From Halomonas sp. (GTDB taxonomy: Bacteria > Pseudomonadota > Gammaproteobacteria > Pseudomonadales > Halomonadaceae), in assembly GCA_024636705.1 (NCBI GenBank), contig JAGXGN010000061.1:2264-66263 (forward strand): DNA of 64,000 bases. The letters are read 5' to 3'. How positions within the stretch are numbered: position 1 is the first letter of the stretch; each line of letters begins with the position of its first letter. The notes beneath the pieces were generated by a model. It had not been told where the DNA came from. It searched no databases and saw only the letters and a list, made by a program, of their open reading frames with translations. Shown here in pieces: positions 20,791-31,979 of this stretch. The position numbers and the translations under genes are program-made.

Positions 20791-21774
20791 ATGAGCGACT
20801 TTACCCCACTGCAGGCCCTGGGCCCCGTCAGCCTGGTCGACCTGACCAACCTGGTATCCTCCAGTGACGACCTGGAGCGCTATCTGGGCCACTATGGCCT
20901 GGCCCCGCTGCTCGTCGAGCATGTGGGGCTGCATGTCGGTTATGTCGATACCGGCCGTTTCCGCCTCTGGACCCAGGTCTGGAGCCCTGCCCGACCCCAG
21001 GGTACCGCCTTCGTGGTGCATGGCTACTTCGATCACCTGGGCCTCTATCGGCACCTGCTGGAACGCCTCCTGGATCGCGGCTGGCGGGTGGTGCTCTGGG
21101 ATCTCCCGGGTCACGGCCTCTCCAGCGGGCCGCGGGCCTCCATCGATGACTTCGATGATTATGGTCGTTGCCTGCAGACCCTGCAGCAGCATCTACACGG
21201 GCAGGGCCTCGCCCCACGCCCCTGGCTCGGCGTCGGGCAGAGCACGGGTGCGGCGATACTGGCCACCGATGCCCTGTCCCGTGGCGACGACGGGCACTGG
21301 GCCGGTCTGGCCCTGCTCGCCCCCCTAGTTCGCCCCTGGGGCTGGAACCAGTCCAGCTGGATCCATCTGCTGATGGGCCCCTTCGTGAGCTCGATTCCGC
21401 GCAAGTTCCGCAACAATTCCACCGACGATGACTTCTCCACCTTCCTGCGCGAGCAGGACCCCCTCCAGTCCGACCGCCTGACCATGGAGTGGGTCAGCGC
21501 CATGCGCCGCTGGATGCCTCGCCTGCTGGCGATGCCCCCCAGCGAGGTACCCACGCTGATCCTGCAGGGCGAACAGGACCTGACCGTGGACTGGGAATGG
21601 AATCTGTCCGTACTGGAACGCAAGTTCCCCCGCGCCGAGATCCTCCGCCATCCCGACGCCCGCCATCATCTGGTCAACGAGGCCGAACCCATCCGCCAGA
21701 CCCTTTTCGATGCCTTGGATCGATTCGTCCTGTCCCTGGAGCCCGCTTCCCCATCCGAGACCCCTGACCCATGA
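20791..21774 (+). CDS. Alpha/beta hydrolase (lysophospholipase-like)
   Basis: HGYFDH, DLPGHG, nucleophile GQSTG, C-terminal HHLVNE. Confidence 0.88.
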   Translation: MSDFTPLQALGPVSLVDLTNLVSSSDDLERYLGHYGLAPLLVEHVGLHVGYVDTGRFRLWTQVWSPARPQGTAFVVHGYFDHLGLYRHLLERLLDRGWRVVLWDLPGHGLSSGPRASIDDFDDYGRCLQTLQQHLHGQGLAPRPWLGVGQSTGAAILATDALSRGDDGHWAGLALLAPLVRPWGWNQSSWIHLLMGPFVSSIPRKFRNNSTDDDFSTFLREQDPLQSDRLTMEWVSAMRRWMPRLLAMPPSEVPTLILQGEQDLTVDWEWNLSVLERKFPRAEILRHPDARHHLVNEAEPIRQTLFDALDRFVLSLEPASPSETPDP

Positions 21775-22265
21775 CTGCCTACCTCAAGGCCATCCTGACC
21801 TCAGTGTCGATCGCATTGCTGACCGTCGGCTGTGCGGGCAGCCCCGAGCGTCCCGAGACCGTTCGACAGGCGCTGTTCGCGCTCAGCGAGCGAGCCGCCG
21901 GTCGCCTCATCGAGGCATCTCCCCTGCCCGATCCGCCAGCCGACCAGGTCCTGCTGCTGTCGATTTCTGAGGTCGATCCCAGCTTCGGGTTGGGTACCCA
22001 GCGAGTACAAGAAAGCCTGATGCGGGCACTGCTGGGCCTCTCCAACGGCCCCCAGGTCCTCGACTGGGCCGGCATCATCGGCGAAGTCGCGGGGGACAAC
22101 CAATGGCGGCTGGACAGTCGCCTGGAGGCGGACGGCCCCCGCTTGACGCTCTCCGACAGGACACTCCTGCCCTATCGACTGCGCCTCACCCTGCGTCGAC
22201 CGGGTAGCGATGCGGCCCTTTGGGCGCATGAGATCCAGGGGGCCTTCGACGCCACCGCGCTTTGA
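21771..22265 (+). CDS. Hypothetical lipoprotein
   Basis: Lipobox-like LTVGC; ATGA coupling to upstream hydrolase. Confidence 0.7.
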   Translation: MTAYLKAILTSVSIALLTVGCAGSPERPETVRQALFALSERAAGRLIEASPLPDPPADQVLLLSISEVDPSFGLGTQRVQESLMRALLGLSNGPQVLDWAGIIGEVAGDNQWRLDSRLEADGPRLTLSDRTLLPYRLRLTLRRPGSDAALWAHEIQGAFDATAL

Positions 22266-22277
22266 ACCCGCGGGTGT

Positions 22278-23783
22278 TCACCCCTTCAAGAGGCGGTCCA
22301 GCTGGCGGTAACCGATGGCCTCGATCAGCTGGTCTCGCTCGGGCCGCGGCGCCCCGGCAAGATCGGCCAGGGTCAGCGCCACCCGCAATACCCGGTGATA
22401 GGCCCGAGCCGAGAGCCTGAGGCGTTCCAGCACCTGGGCCAGCCAGGCACGGTCACCGGACTGCAGGGCACAGGCTACCTCCAGCTCACGGCCGGCGAGC
22501 TGAGCATTGAGACAGCCGCGTGCCAATTGCCGCTGTCTCGCCGCCACTACCCGCGCACGGACCACCGAGGACGGCTCCCCGGCCTCGCGGGACGTCAGCT
22601 GTTCGGGCGGCAGCGCCGGCACCTCCACCTGCAGATCGATTCGGTCAAGCAAGGGGCCGGAAACACGGGCCTGATAGCGCTGAATCTGCGCCGCCGTGCA
22701 CTGGCAGCGCTGGCGCGGGTCACCCAGGTGCCCGCAAGGACAGGGATTCATTGCCGCGACGAGCTGGAATCGGGCAGGGTAGCGCCGCTCGTGGCTGGCC
22801 CGGGCGATGTGGATCCGCCCGGATTCCATGGGTTCACGCATCACCTCCAGCACATGGCGGCTGAATTCAGGCAACTCGTCCAGGAAGAGCACGCCATGGT
22901 GAGCCAGGGAAATTTCGCCGGGCCGGGGCTTGGAGCCGCCACCCACCAGGGCCACGGCGCTGGCCGTATGGTGTGGCGCCCGGAAGGGCCGCCGCCCCCA
23001 CTCGGTGCGCAGCGGCAAACCACAGACGGAACGCACCGCCGCCACCTCCAGGGCCTCTTCATCCGACAGGGGCGGGAGGATCCCCGGCAGGCGACTGGCC
23101 AGCATGGTCTTGCCGGTACCCGGCGGACCCGCGAACAGCAGGTTGTGCCCCCCGGCCGCGGCCACCTCCAGGGCCCGCCGCGCCTGATGCTGGCCGCGCA
23201 CATCGTGCAGGTCGGCCCCATGATCGCCGACCGATGGCCGATCGGGAAGTCGATGGGGGGCAATGGGAGCCTGGTCGAGCAGGTGGGCGACCACCTCGAG
23301 CAGATGGTCGGCCGGCAATACCTCCAGCCCCCCGGCCAGCGCCGCTTCGTCGGCATTGGCACCCGGCACGATCAGGCGCCTTCCGGCATCCCGAGCGGCA
23401 AGCGCCAGGGGCAGGATGCCGGATACCGGACGTAGTCGACCGTCCAGGGCCAGCTCTCCCACGCACTCCACTCCCTCGAGCGCCTGCAGGGGAATCTGCT
23501 CCGAGGCCACCAGGAGCCCAAGCGCGATGGGCAGGTCGAAGCGCCCACCTTCCTTGGGCAGATCGGCGGGCGCCAGGTTGAGGGTAATGCGACGGGTAGT
23601 GGGGAAGTCGAAGCCGGCATTGACCAGGGCGCTGCGCACCCGTTCACGGCTCTCCTTCACAGCGGCTTCGGGCAGGCCCACCAGGGTCATGCCGGGCAGG
23701 CCATTGGCCAGGTGTACCTCGACCTGGACTTCAGGGGCTTCCAGGCCCAGGCCGGCCCGGGTATGGATGATGGCAAGCGTCAT
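22278..23783 (-). CDS. comM: YifB/ComM Mg-chelatase-like AAA+ ATPase
   Basis: NLAPADLPKEG, GPPGTGKT, GVLFLDELPEF, NPCPCG, GPLLDRID. Confidence 0.93.
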   Translation of the reverse strand: MTLAIIHTRAGLGLEAPEVQVEVHLANGLPGMTLVGLPEAAVKESRERVRSALVNAGFDFPTTRRITLNLAPADLPKEGGRFDLPIALGLLVASEQIPLQALEGVECVGELALDGRLRPVSGILPLALAARDAGRRLIVPGANADEAALAGGLEVLPADHLLEVVAHLLDQAPIAPHRLPDRPSVGDHGADLHDVRGQHQARRALEVAAAGGHNLLFAGPPGTGKTMLASRLPGILPPLSDEEALEVAAVRSVCGLPLRTEWGRRPFRAPHHTASAVALVGGGSKPRPGEISLAHHGVLFLDELPEFSRHVLEVMREPMESGRIHIARASHERRYPARFQLVAAMNPCPCGHLGDPRQRCQCTAAQIQRYQARVSGPLLDRIDLQVEVPALPPEQLTSREAGEPSSVVRARVVAARQRQLARGCLNAQLAGRELEVACALQSGDRAWLAQVLERLRLSARAYHRVLRVALTLADLAGAPRPERDQLIEAIGYRQLDRLLKG

Positions 23784-23850
23784 CGGCGGTCCCTCGCTGA
23801 TCCTCTGCCTTCAGGCTAGCGCAGAACGCGCCGTACCGCCCGACCGGGGC

Positions 23851-24177
23851 TCAGCGATCCGGCTCGCCGCCGGCATCCTCCTCCGGTTCGGGGTCCTTGT
23901 CGACTCGGGGCATCGCGGCGCTCGACGGCCGTTGTGCCTCCAGGGCCTTCTCCAGGGCGGCAACCCTCGTCTCCAGTGCCTCGACTCGACTGCGGGTACG
24001 CTGGAGGACATCCATCAGGATGTCGAAATCTTCTCGGGACACCAGTTCGAGACGATCGAAGGCGCCTCGGACCACCTGGTGGATGCCTTTCTGGATGTCC
24101 TCGGGCGCCTGGGAGGCGCCCTGCAGTCGATCGCCGATCTGCTGGGCCAAGCGGCTGAGGGGATCTTGTCTTGCCAT
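23851..24177 (-). CDS. ubiK: Ubiquinone biosynthesis accessory factor UbiK
   Basis: LELVSREDFD...RTRSRVEALE coiled coil; between comM and glnK. Confidence 0.88.
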   Translation of the reverse strand: MARQDPLSRLAQQIGDRLQGASQAPEDIQKGIHQVVRGAFDRLELVSREDFDILMDVLQRTRSRVEALETRVAALEKALEAQRPSSAAMPRVDKDPEPEEDAGGEPDR

Positions 24178-24248
24178 GAGTCTCTCCTGGGGAATGGGGC
24201 CTTGGATCAAGGATACGCAAGGCGGCGGGAAGACGCATTCCCGTCTTT

Positions 24249-24297
24249 TGCACTCTTCTGGTGCGCATGAATTTTCCGTTGTGTCTATTGTGGTGCA
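24249..24297. promoter_or_regulatory. Tandem NtrC-like enhancer sites
   Basis: TGCACTCTTCTGGTGCG (24249-24265) and a site ending TGGTGCA (24281-24297), 32 bp apart, about 100-135 bp upstream of a sigma54 motif. Confidence 0.65.
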
Positions 24298-24383
24298 ATG
24301 CCCGAGCCTGGGGGTTCGCCGGCGTCGAACATCATGGCGAAATATAGGTTCATCTCGTTGTTATAAAGGGGTTTTTCATATAG

Positions 24384-24400
24384 TTGGCATGGTTTACGCA
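24384..24400 (+). promoter_or_regulatory. Sigma54 (-24/-12) promoter of glnK-amtB
   Basis: TTGGCATGGTTTACGCA with GG-N10-GC spacing. Confidence 0.8.
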
Positions 24401-24450
24401 TCGAGAGTACAGACATGTCCTGACGGCAAGCGGCCGTCGCCAACCAGTAA

Positions 24451-24801
<351 letters not shown>

Positions 24802-24836
24802 CGACGCCTACGACTTCCCTGAACGGAGACTGACGC

Positions 24837-26096
24837 ATGAATGATATTTCTCAACTGACCGAGCTGATGTATGCGGTCGACACCTTCTACTTCCTCATCT
24901 GTGGCGTGCTGGTGATGTGGATGGCCGCTGGCTTTTCCATGCTCGAAGCTGGCCTGGTACGTTCCAAGAACACCGCCGAGATCCTGACCAAGAACATTGC
25001 CCTGTTCGCCATCGCCTGCACCATGTACCTGATTCTCGGGTACTATCTGATGTATTCCAGCAACGCGGGTGGCTTCCTGCCGAACCTGGGCTTCCTGATC
25101 GGCGGCGAGAACACCGTGGACGCCATCACCGCAGGTGGTGAAGACGCGCCCTATTACTCCATGCGTTCCGATTTCTTCTTCCAGGTGGTGTTCGTGGCAA
25201 CCGCCATGTCCATCGTCTCGGGGGCGGTCGCCGAGCGCATGAAGCTGTGGGCCTTCCTGGCCTTCGCGGTGGTGATGACCGGTGTGATTTATCCCGTGTC
25301 CGGCTACTGGACCTGGGGCGGCGGCTGGCTCGCCGAAGCGGGTTATTCCGACTATGCCGGCTCGGGTATCGTGCACCTGGCAGGCGCCGCTGCGGCCCTG
25401 GCCGGGGTGCTGGTGCTCGGTCCCCGCAGGGGCAAGTACGGCAAGGACGGCAGTATCTACGCCATCCCCGGTGCCAATATGCCCCTGGCCACCCTGGGTA
25501 CTTTCATCCTCTGGATGGGCTGGTTCGGCTTCAACGGAGGCTCCGAACTCAAGCTCTCCGACGCCGCTTCCGCCAACAACGTCGCCCAGGTCTTCGTCAA
25601 CACCAATGCCGCCGCCGCCGGTGGCGTGATCGCCGCCCTGATCCTGGCCAAGCTGTGGTTCCGCAAGGCCGACCTGACCATGGCCCTGAACGGCTCCCTG
25701 GCCGGCCTGGTGGCCATCACCGCCGATCCACTGTCCCCCGGTGCCGTGGGCGCCTCCCTCATCGGCGCCGCGGGTGGCCTGATCGTGGTAGCCGCCATCG
25801 TCACCCTGGACAAGCTCAAGATCGATGACCCGGTAGGCGCCATCTCCGTCCACGGGGTGGTGGGTATCTGGGGGGTGCTCGCCGTGCCGCTCTCGAATGG
25901 CGACGCCAGCTTCGGTGCCCAGATCCTCGGTATCGTCGGGATCTTCGCCTGGGTCTTCGCTGCCAGCCTGGTCGTCTGGCTGATCCTCAAGGCCATCATG
26001 GGCATCCGAGTCAGCGAAGAGGAAGAATACGAGGGCGTCGACCTCGCCGAATGCGGCCTGGAAGCCTATCCCGAGTTCAGCGCCTCCAAGAAGTAA
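24837..26096 (+). CDS. amtB: Ammonium transporter
   Basis: DYAGSGIVH, GWFGFNGGS, IDDPVGAISVHG twin-His motifs. Confidence 0.95.
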   Translation: MNDISQLTELMYAVDTFYFLICGVLVMWMAAGFSMLEAGLVRSKNTAEILTKNIALFAIACTMYLILGYYLMYSSNAGGFLPNLGFLIGGENTVDAITAGGEDAPYYSMRSDFFFQVVFVATAMSIVSGAVAERMKLWAFLAFAVVMTGVIYPVSGYWTWGGGWLAEAGYSDYAGSGIVHLAGAAAALAGVLVLGPRRGKYGKDGSIYAIPGANMPLATLGTFILWMGWFGFNGGSELKLSDAASANNVAQVFVNTNAAAAGGVIAALILAKLWFRKADLTMALNGSLAGLVAITADPLSPGAVGASLIGAAGGLIVVAAIVTLDKLKIDDPVGAISVHGVVGIWGVLAVPLSNGDASFGAQILGIVGIFAWVFAASLVVWLILKAIMGIRVSEEEEYEGVDLAECGLEAYPEFSASKK

Positions 26097-26118
26097 ACCC
26101 GGCACTCGGGCGAACTGA

Positions 26119-26589
<471 letters not shown>

Positions 26590-26607
26590 GCGCCCAGGGC
26601 CAGGCGC

Positions 26608-27384
26608 TTATTTTTCGACGAACGCCCGCTCGATAACGTAGTCGCCGGGCTCGCCCATGCGCGGCGAGATGTTGAAGCCCATCTCATCGAGCAGCCCGCT
26701 GGTATCATCCAGCATGGCCGGGCTGCCGCAAATCATGGCGCGATCCTGGCGGGGATCCAGGTCTGGCAGGCCGGTATCCTCGGCGAGCTTGCCGTTGCGA
26801 ATGTGGTCCGTCAGGCGACCCATGGTATGGAAACTCTCCCGCGTCACCGTGGGGTAGTAGACGAGTTTCTCGCTGATCTCCTCGCCCAGGTATTCGTGGG
26901 CCGGGAGGTCCTTCTGAATGAAGTCTGCATAGGCGAGTTCGCTGACCGTCCTGACGCCGTGGACCAATACGATTTTCTCGAAACGCTCGTAGGCTTCCGG
27001 ATCCTGAATCGTGCTCATGAAGGGCGCCAGGCCAGTGCCGGTGGAAAGCAGGTAGAGGTTGCGCCCCGGCAACAGGTCATCGGTCACCAGGGTACCGGTG
27101 GGCTTGCGGCTGACCATGATCTGGTCACCCACCTCGAGGTGCTGGAGGCGTGAGGTCAGGGGACCATCCGGCACCTTGATGCTGAAGAATTCCAGGTGAT
27201 CCTCGTAGTTGGGACTGGCGATGGAGTAGGCGCGCATCAGCGGCTTTCCGTCGACCTCGAGGCCGATCATCACGAATTGGCCGTTCTTGAACCGCAGGGT
27301 GCGTTCCCGCGTGGTGCGAAAGCTGAACAGGGTATCGTTCCAGTGGTGGACACTGAGCACGTCTTCCAGGGCGAACTTGCTCAT
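26608..27384 (-). CDS. fpr: Ferredoxin--NADP reductase
   Basis: RAYSIAS, GPLTSRL, STGTGLAPF, ICGSPAM, C-terminal AFVEK. Confidence 0.95.
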   Translation of the reverse strand: MSKFALEDVLSVHHWNDTLFSFRTTRERTLRFKNGQFVMIGLEVDGKPLMRAYSIASPNYEDHLEFFSIKVPDGPLTSRLQHLEVGDQIMVSRKPTGTLVTDDLLPGRNLYLLSTGTGLAPFMSTIQDPEAYERFEKIVLVHGVRTVSELAYADFIQKDLPAHEYLGEEISEKLVYYPTVTRESFHTMGRLTDHIRNGKLAEDTGLPDLDPRQDRAMICGSPAMLDDTSGLLDEMGFNISPRMGEPGDYVIERAFVEK

Positions 27385-27399
27385 GCCGGCTCCCTTATA

Positions 27400-27520
27400 T
27401 TCCATATTTATATAGCAATTTTAAAAGTATGATAGATGGATTATAAGCGATCGATAAATATCTGTTAAATGGATTGTATGGATATCGATTATCTATAGTA
27501 TCAATATAGGTCAGAGAACG
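27400..27520. promoter_or_regulatory. AT-rich divergent fpr/finR control region
   Basis: Sharp AT-rich stretch with repeated ATCGAT and T-N11-A LysR-type motifs. Confidence 0.6.
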
Positions 27521-27548
27521 TTCGCTACAGCCCCGGGAGAGGCATGCC

Positions 27549-28475
27549 ATGCGCTATACCTTGCGCCAGCTGGAGGTCTTCGTCGCCGTCGCCCAGCACG
27601 AGAGTGTGTCGCGGGCGGCACGCACACTGGCCCTCTCCCAGTCGGCCACCAGCACCGCCCTGGCCGAACTGGAACGCCAGTTCGATTGCCAGCTGCTCGA
27701 CCGCCTCGGCAAGCGACTCAAGCTCAACGCCCTGGGCTTCCAATTGCTCCCCAAGGCCGTGGCGCTGCTGGACCGGGCGGAGGAAGTCGAGGAATTACTG
27801 CGCGGTCAACAGGGCGTCGGCTCGCTGGATGTGGGTGCCACCCTGACCATCGGCAACTACCTGGCCACTCTGTTGATCAGTGACTTCATGCAGCGCCATC
27901 CCGGTAGCCGGGTACGCCTTTCGGTACGCAATACCCGCGCCATTATCGACAGTGTTCGACAGCATCAACTCGACCTCGGATTGATCGAGGGCCAGTGCGA
28001 GGACGATGACGTCATCACCCAACCCTGGGTGGAAGACGAATTGGCGGTGTTCTGTTCTCCCCGACATCCACTGGCCCATGCCGGGCCCGTGGAACTCGAA
28101 CGGCTGTTACGCGAGGACTGGATCATGCGCGAGCAGGGTTCCGGTACCCGCTTGACCCTGGAACAAGCCGCCCGCCATCGACGCGGACGCTTCAATATCC
28201 TGCTGGAGCTGGAACACACCGAGGGCATCAAGCGGGCGGTGGAATCGGGGCTGGGGATCGGCTGCGTGTCGAAACTGGCGTTACGCGATGCCTTCAGGCG
28301 GGGCAGCCTGGTGGCGATCCCCACCCCGGATCTGGAGCTGAGCCGCCAGTTCAGCTTCATCTGGCATCGCCACAAGCACCTTAACACCGGCATTCGCGAA
28401 TTCCTCAGGCTCTGCCGCCAGATGACCGAGGGGGTCCGTCGCAGCGACGAGATCGACCTCCCACAGGTGCCGTGA
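27549..28475 (+). CDS. finR: LysR-type regulator FinR
   Basis: LysR HTH (TLRQLEVF...SQSATS); divergent from fpr as in Pseudomonas. Confidence 0.85.
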   Translation: MRYTLRQLEVFVAVAQHESVSRAARTLALSQSATSTALAELERQFDCQLLDRLGKRLKLNALGFQLLPKAVALLDRAEEVEELLRGQQGVGSLDVGATLTIGNYLATLLISDFMQRHPGSRVRLSVRNTRAIIDSVRQHQLDLGLIEGQCEDDDVITQPWVEDELAVFCSPRHPLAHAGPVELERLLREDWIMREQGSGTRLTLEQAARHRRGRFNILLELEHTEGIKRAVESGLGIGCVSKLALRDAFRRGSLVAIPTPDLELSRQFSFIWHRHKHLNTGIREFLRLCRQMTEGVRRSDEIDLPQVP

Positions 28476-28492
28476 CGCGAGACGCGAAGGTG

Positions 28493-28921
28493 TCAGCGCA
28501 GGTCGCTGACGGCGTTCTGGATATCCTCCAGGCTGGCCTTGGACAAGTCCTTGGACAGGGTGTGGATAACGTGTTTGGCGGTGGGTCTATCGAGTTTCTC
28601 GCGCAAGCGTCCCAGAAACTTGGATGGCGCCACCAGGATCAACTTGTCCATGCTGTTGTCGACACGGACCTGGTAGAGCCGCTCGGACACCTCCTTGGCG
28701 AAGATATCCGCTTCGTGGTTGGAGGCCGAATTCTCCCCACCCGAGGAGCGCGACGTCATCGACATCGATTCATGCACATCGGCACCGCGATCGGTCACCA
28801 GGTCGCCCTCGTGCAGCCGACCCGCGGCATGCACCAGGCTCTCCTGCTCACTCAACCTGATGCCATCGCGCGTAAAAATCCGGGCCCTTGCGGCATCCGC
28901 CACCACGATATAGGTCGTCAT
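28493..28921 (-). CDS. Host attachment protein (AtsE / baeRF12-like)
   Basis: YIVVADAARARIF, LILVAPSKFLGRLR, KDLSK motifs; GAGGAG RBS. Confidence 0.85.
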   Translation of the reverse strand: MTTYIVVADAARARIFTRDGIRLSEQESLVHAAGRLHEGDLVTDRGADVHESMSMTSRSSGGENSASNHEADIFAKEVSERLYQVRVDNSMDKLILVAPSKFLGRLREKLDRPTAKHVIHTLSKDLSKASLEDIQNAVSDLR

Positions 28922-29143
28922 AGCCACTCCTCGATGCTGATTGACTGACGCGGCCTGGGCGGGTGAGCCGGACGGCCTGCGTCTCTATTCAACATTGGCA
29001 AGCTCACCCGAAGCGGTCAACAGATTCCGCGAAAATGCCGGTAGACGCTGCGCTGCCGCATGAACTGGGGTAGCATTCCGTCGTGACGGCACGGAGGCCG
29101 GCAAATTTCATCATCATGATGCGTATCTTGAGGGAGGACCCCG

Positions 29144-29641
29144 ATGCGAAAGTTCCTGTTCCCCCGCCAGCCGCTGGCACGTTCCACCCTGGTCGCCTGC
29201 CACCTGCTGCTTCAGCTCGGTCTCCTTGCCGCGGCGCTGCTGTGGCTGGCGCCCCGCGCCCCTTGGCTCGCTCCACTGGGCTGGAGCCAGGCCTGGCCGG
29301 CACTGGCGCTGGGCACAGGCATCTGGCTGCTGGCCGCCATCGGGCTGCGCATGCTGGCCGAGCTGTGGCTGCTACCCCACCATCTGGCGGCTCTGCGTCC
29401 GGGCTTCACCCCCGGCTCGGTGGTCACCCGCTCCTTCGAGCGTCGCCCGGCCGTCCACTCCGAGGAGGCCGCCTGGACCAGCGAGTCGGGTCCCCTGGAG
29501 GAGGAGGACGACGCGGTGGGCAAGGCTCGGGTGACGCGTCCCGCACAACGCCTGCGGCCCCGTGGTGCCAGCAATGAACCGACCCTCGATCTCGCCGGTG
29601 ACCGGGGGGAGATGCCTGCCCATCGGGAACCGCGCCTATAA
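29144..29641 (+). CDS. Hypothetical membrane protein (possibly DUF4282-like N-terminus, disordered tail)
   Basis: GGAGG RBS; two TM helices ending LRMLAELW. Confidence 0.65.
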   Translation: MRKFLFPRQPLARSTLVACHLLLQLGLLAAALLWLAPRAPWLAPLGWSQAWPALALGTGIWLLAAIGLRMLAELWLLPHHLAALRPGFTPGSVVTRSFERRPAVHSEEAAWTSESGPLEEEDDAVGKARVTRPAQRLRPRGASNEPTLDLAGDRGEMPAHREPRL

Positions 29642-29664
29642 ACGCTACGGCGACAGCGGCTCCC

Positions 29665-30033
29665 TCATGAAAAACTCAGGGTCCGGCGCAGGCCATGCAG
29701 TCCGCACACCGCCGTGGCCGCCCCCAGGCTGTTGGCGAGGATGTCGGCCCAATCACCGCCGCTACGGCCGGGAACCGGGATCTGCAGGACTTCAATGACA
29801 ATACCGAAGAGCGCCGCGACGACAAACGCCAGTGGCAGCCGCACACCGGCCAGGCCGATCAAGCCCGCCAGTCCGCCATAACCGACGAAGTGGTTGGCCT
29901 TGTCCCAGGGCAGGTTGCTGGGCATCTCGCTGCCGGGGGTCAGGCTGCCCAGGGCGACGACCAGGGCAGCGATCACGGCCATCACCGCCCAGAAGCGCTG
30001 ACGGTCATGCCATCGCTGAAGCCATTCAGTCAT
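29665..30033 (-). CDS. VanZ family membrane protein
   Basis: [27 protein letters not shown]. Confidence 0.88.
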   Translation of the reverse strand: MTEWLQRWHDRQRFWAVMAVIAALVVALGSLTPGSEMPSNLPWDKANHFVGYGGLAGLIGLAGVRLPLAFVVAALFGIVIEVLQIPVPGRSGGDWADILANSLGAATAVCGLHGLRRTLSFS

Positions 30034-31114
30034 GCGGGATCCGCTGGTGGTAGGCGGGACTCAGCTCATGCAGCGCCTCCATGAAGGCAGTGACGCGATC
30101 CGGGTCGGTGAACTGGCTGATGCCATGGCCCAGGTTGAAGATATGCCCCGGGCCCTGGCCGTAGCTGTCCAGCACTCTGGCGACCTCGGCCCGGATGGCT
30201 TCGGGGCGAGCGAAGAGGACGTTGGGATCCAGGTTGCCCTGGAGGGCGACCCGGTGGCCGACCCGGTGGCGGGCATCGGAGAGCTCGGTGCTCCAGTCCA
30301 GACCCAGGGCGTCGGCGCCTGAAGCGGCCAGGTCCTCCAGCCACTGGCCACCGTTCTTGGTGAACAGGATCACCGGCACCCTGCGACCCTCGTGCTCGCG
30401 GATCAGCCCGGCGACGATCTGCTCCATGTAGCGCAGCGAGAACTCCAGGTAGGCCGGCGTGGACAGGACACCCCCCCAGGTATCGAAGATCTGCACCACC
30501 TGGGCGCCGGCACGGATCTGGGCATTGAGGTAGTCGGTCACGGCATGGGCCAGGGTATCCAGCAGGGTATGCATGGTATCCGGCATGTCGTAGAGCATCG
30601 TCTTCACATGCCGGAAGTCCTTGCTGGAGGCGCCTTCCACCATGTAGGTGGCCAGGGTCCAGGGGCTACCGGAGAACCCAATCAGCGGCACCCGCCCGTT
30701 AAGCTCCCGGCGGATAGTGGTCACGGCGCGCATGACATAGTCCAGGTCGCGCTCCGCATCCGGCACCGAGAGGGCGGCGACCGCCTCCGGCGTGCGCACC
30801 GGGTGACGGAATTTCGGCCCCTCGCCGGTCTCGAAATAGAGCCCCAGCCCCATCGCATCGGGGATGGTCAGGATGTCCGAGAAGAGGATGGCTCCATCCA
30901 GGGGGTAGCGCTCCAGCGGCTGAAGGGTGACCTCGCAGGCCAGGTCATGGTTTCGGCAAAGATCCATGAAATTGCCGGCCTCGGCGCGGGTGGCGCGGTA
31001 CTCGGGCAGGTAGCGTCCGGCCTGGCGCATCATCCACACCGGCGTGCGATCCACCGGCTGACGCGCCAGGGCGCGAAGAAGACGATCATTCTTGAGTTCC
31101 ATGCAGGCGGTCAT
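30026..31114 (-). CDS. hemE: Uroporphyrinogen decarboxylase
   Basis: [27 protein letters not shown]; start 31114 or 31102. Confidence 0.96.
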   Translation of the reverse strand: MTACMELKNDRLLRALARQPVDRTPVWMMRQAGRYLPEYRATRAEAGNFMDLCRNHDLACEVTLQPLERYPLDGAILFSDILTIPDAMGLGLYFETGEGPKFRHPVRTPEAVAALSVPDAERDLDYVMRAVTTIRRELNGRVPLIGFSGSPWTLATYMVEGASSKDFRHVKTMLYDMPDTMHTLLDTLAHAVTDYLNAQIRAGAQVVQIFDTWGGVLSTPAYLEFSLRYMEQIVAGLIREHEGRRVPVILFTKNGGQWLEDLAASGADALGLDWSTELSDARHRVGHRVALQGNLDPNVLFARPEAIRAEVARVLDSYGQGPGHIFNLGHGISQFTDPDRVTAFMEALHELSPAYHQRIPHD

Positions 31115-31296
31115 CCACGGGAAATGTGGTCGCCATTGTAGCCGAACATCCCTGTCGGACATACGCCAGCGGACCGGAGCCCTCGGCCACCATCGTGAGC
31201 CCGCGACGGCTTCCTGCTAGACTGTATCTCCCATCCATGGCGCCGACCCATGGTGCCACCCGCCTGCACCGGCGTGGTTCAACACCGAGGTACCTC

Positions 31297-31932
31297 GTGA
31301 CGATCCGATTCATCGCTGCCTCCCGGCTCCCCACGCCCTGGGCCACCTTCCAGATGCATGGCTTCGAGGACGACGCCACCGGCAAGGACCATATCGCCCT
31401 GTCGCTGGGCGAGGTGGACGACGGCGAGACGGTGCTGGGGCGGGTGCACTCCGAGTGCCTGACCGGCGATGCGCTCTTCTCGATGCGCTGCGACTGCGGC
31501 TACCAGCTCCAGGAAGCCTTGAAGCGGATTGCCGAGGAGGGGCGCGGGGTGCTGCTCTACCTGCGCCAGGAGGGCCGCGGCATCGGCCTGCTCAACAAGA
31601 TCCGCGCCTACCACCTCCAGGACCAGGGCGCCGACACCGTGGAGGCCAACGAGCGGCTGGGCTTCGGTGCCGACCTGCGCCGCTACGACCTCTGCGTACC
31701 CATGCTGGATCACCTGGGCATCCAGGCCCTGCGGCTGATGACCAACAACCCGCGCAAGGTGGAGGCCCTGACCCGGGCCGGGGTGATCGTGACCGAACGA
31801 ATGGCGCTGACTACCGGTCTAAATCCCCATAACGAGCAGTATCTCACCACCAAGGCCGGCAAGCTGGGGCACATGATGGTGCTGGGCGACTTCACCCAGG
31901 CCAGCGACGTGGATATCGAACGCAAGCCCTGA
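31297..31932 (+). CDS. ribA: GTP cyclohydrolase II
   Basis: [26 protein letters not shown]; GTG start after GAGGT. Confidence 0.96.
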   Translation: MTIRFIAASRLPTPWATFQMHGFEDDATGKDHIALSLGEVDDGETVLGRVHSECLTGDALFSMRCDCGYQLQEALKRIAEEGRGVLLYLRQEGRGIGLLNKIRAYHLQDQGADTVEANERLGFGADLRRYDLCVPMLDHLGIQALRLMTNNPRKVEALTRAGVIVTERMALTTGLNPHNEQYLTTKAGKLGHMMVLGDFTQASDVDIERKP

Positions 31933-31979
31933 GCCACCGGGTCCCGGAATCGTTGTGGCTAACCGGCAGGAGGCCCCCG

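Noticed and set aside
27400-27520. AT-rich stretch as foreign DNA or replication origin
   Set aside because: Adequately explained as the fpr/finR LysR control region; no DnaA boxes or mobility genes seen.
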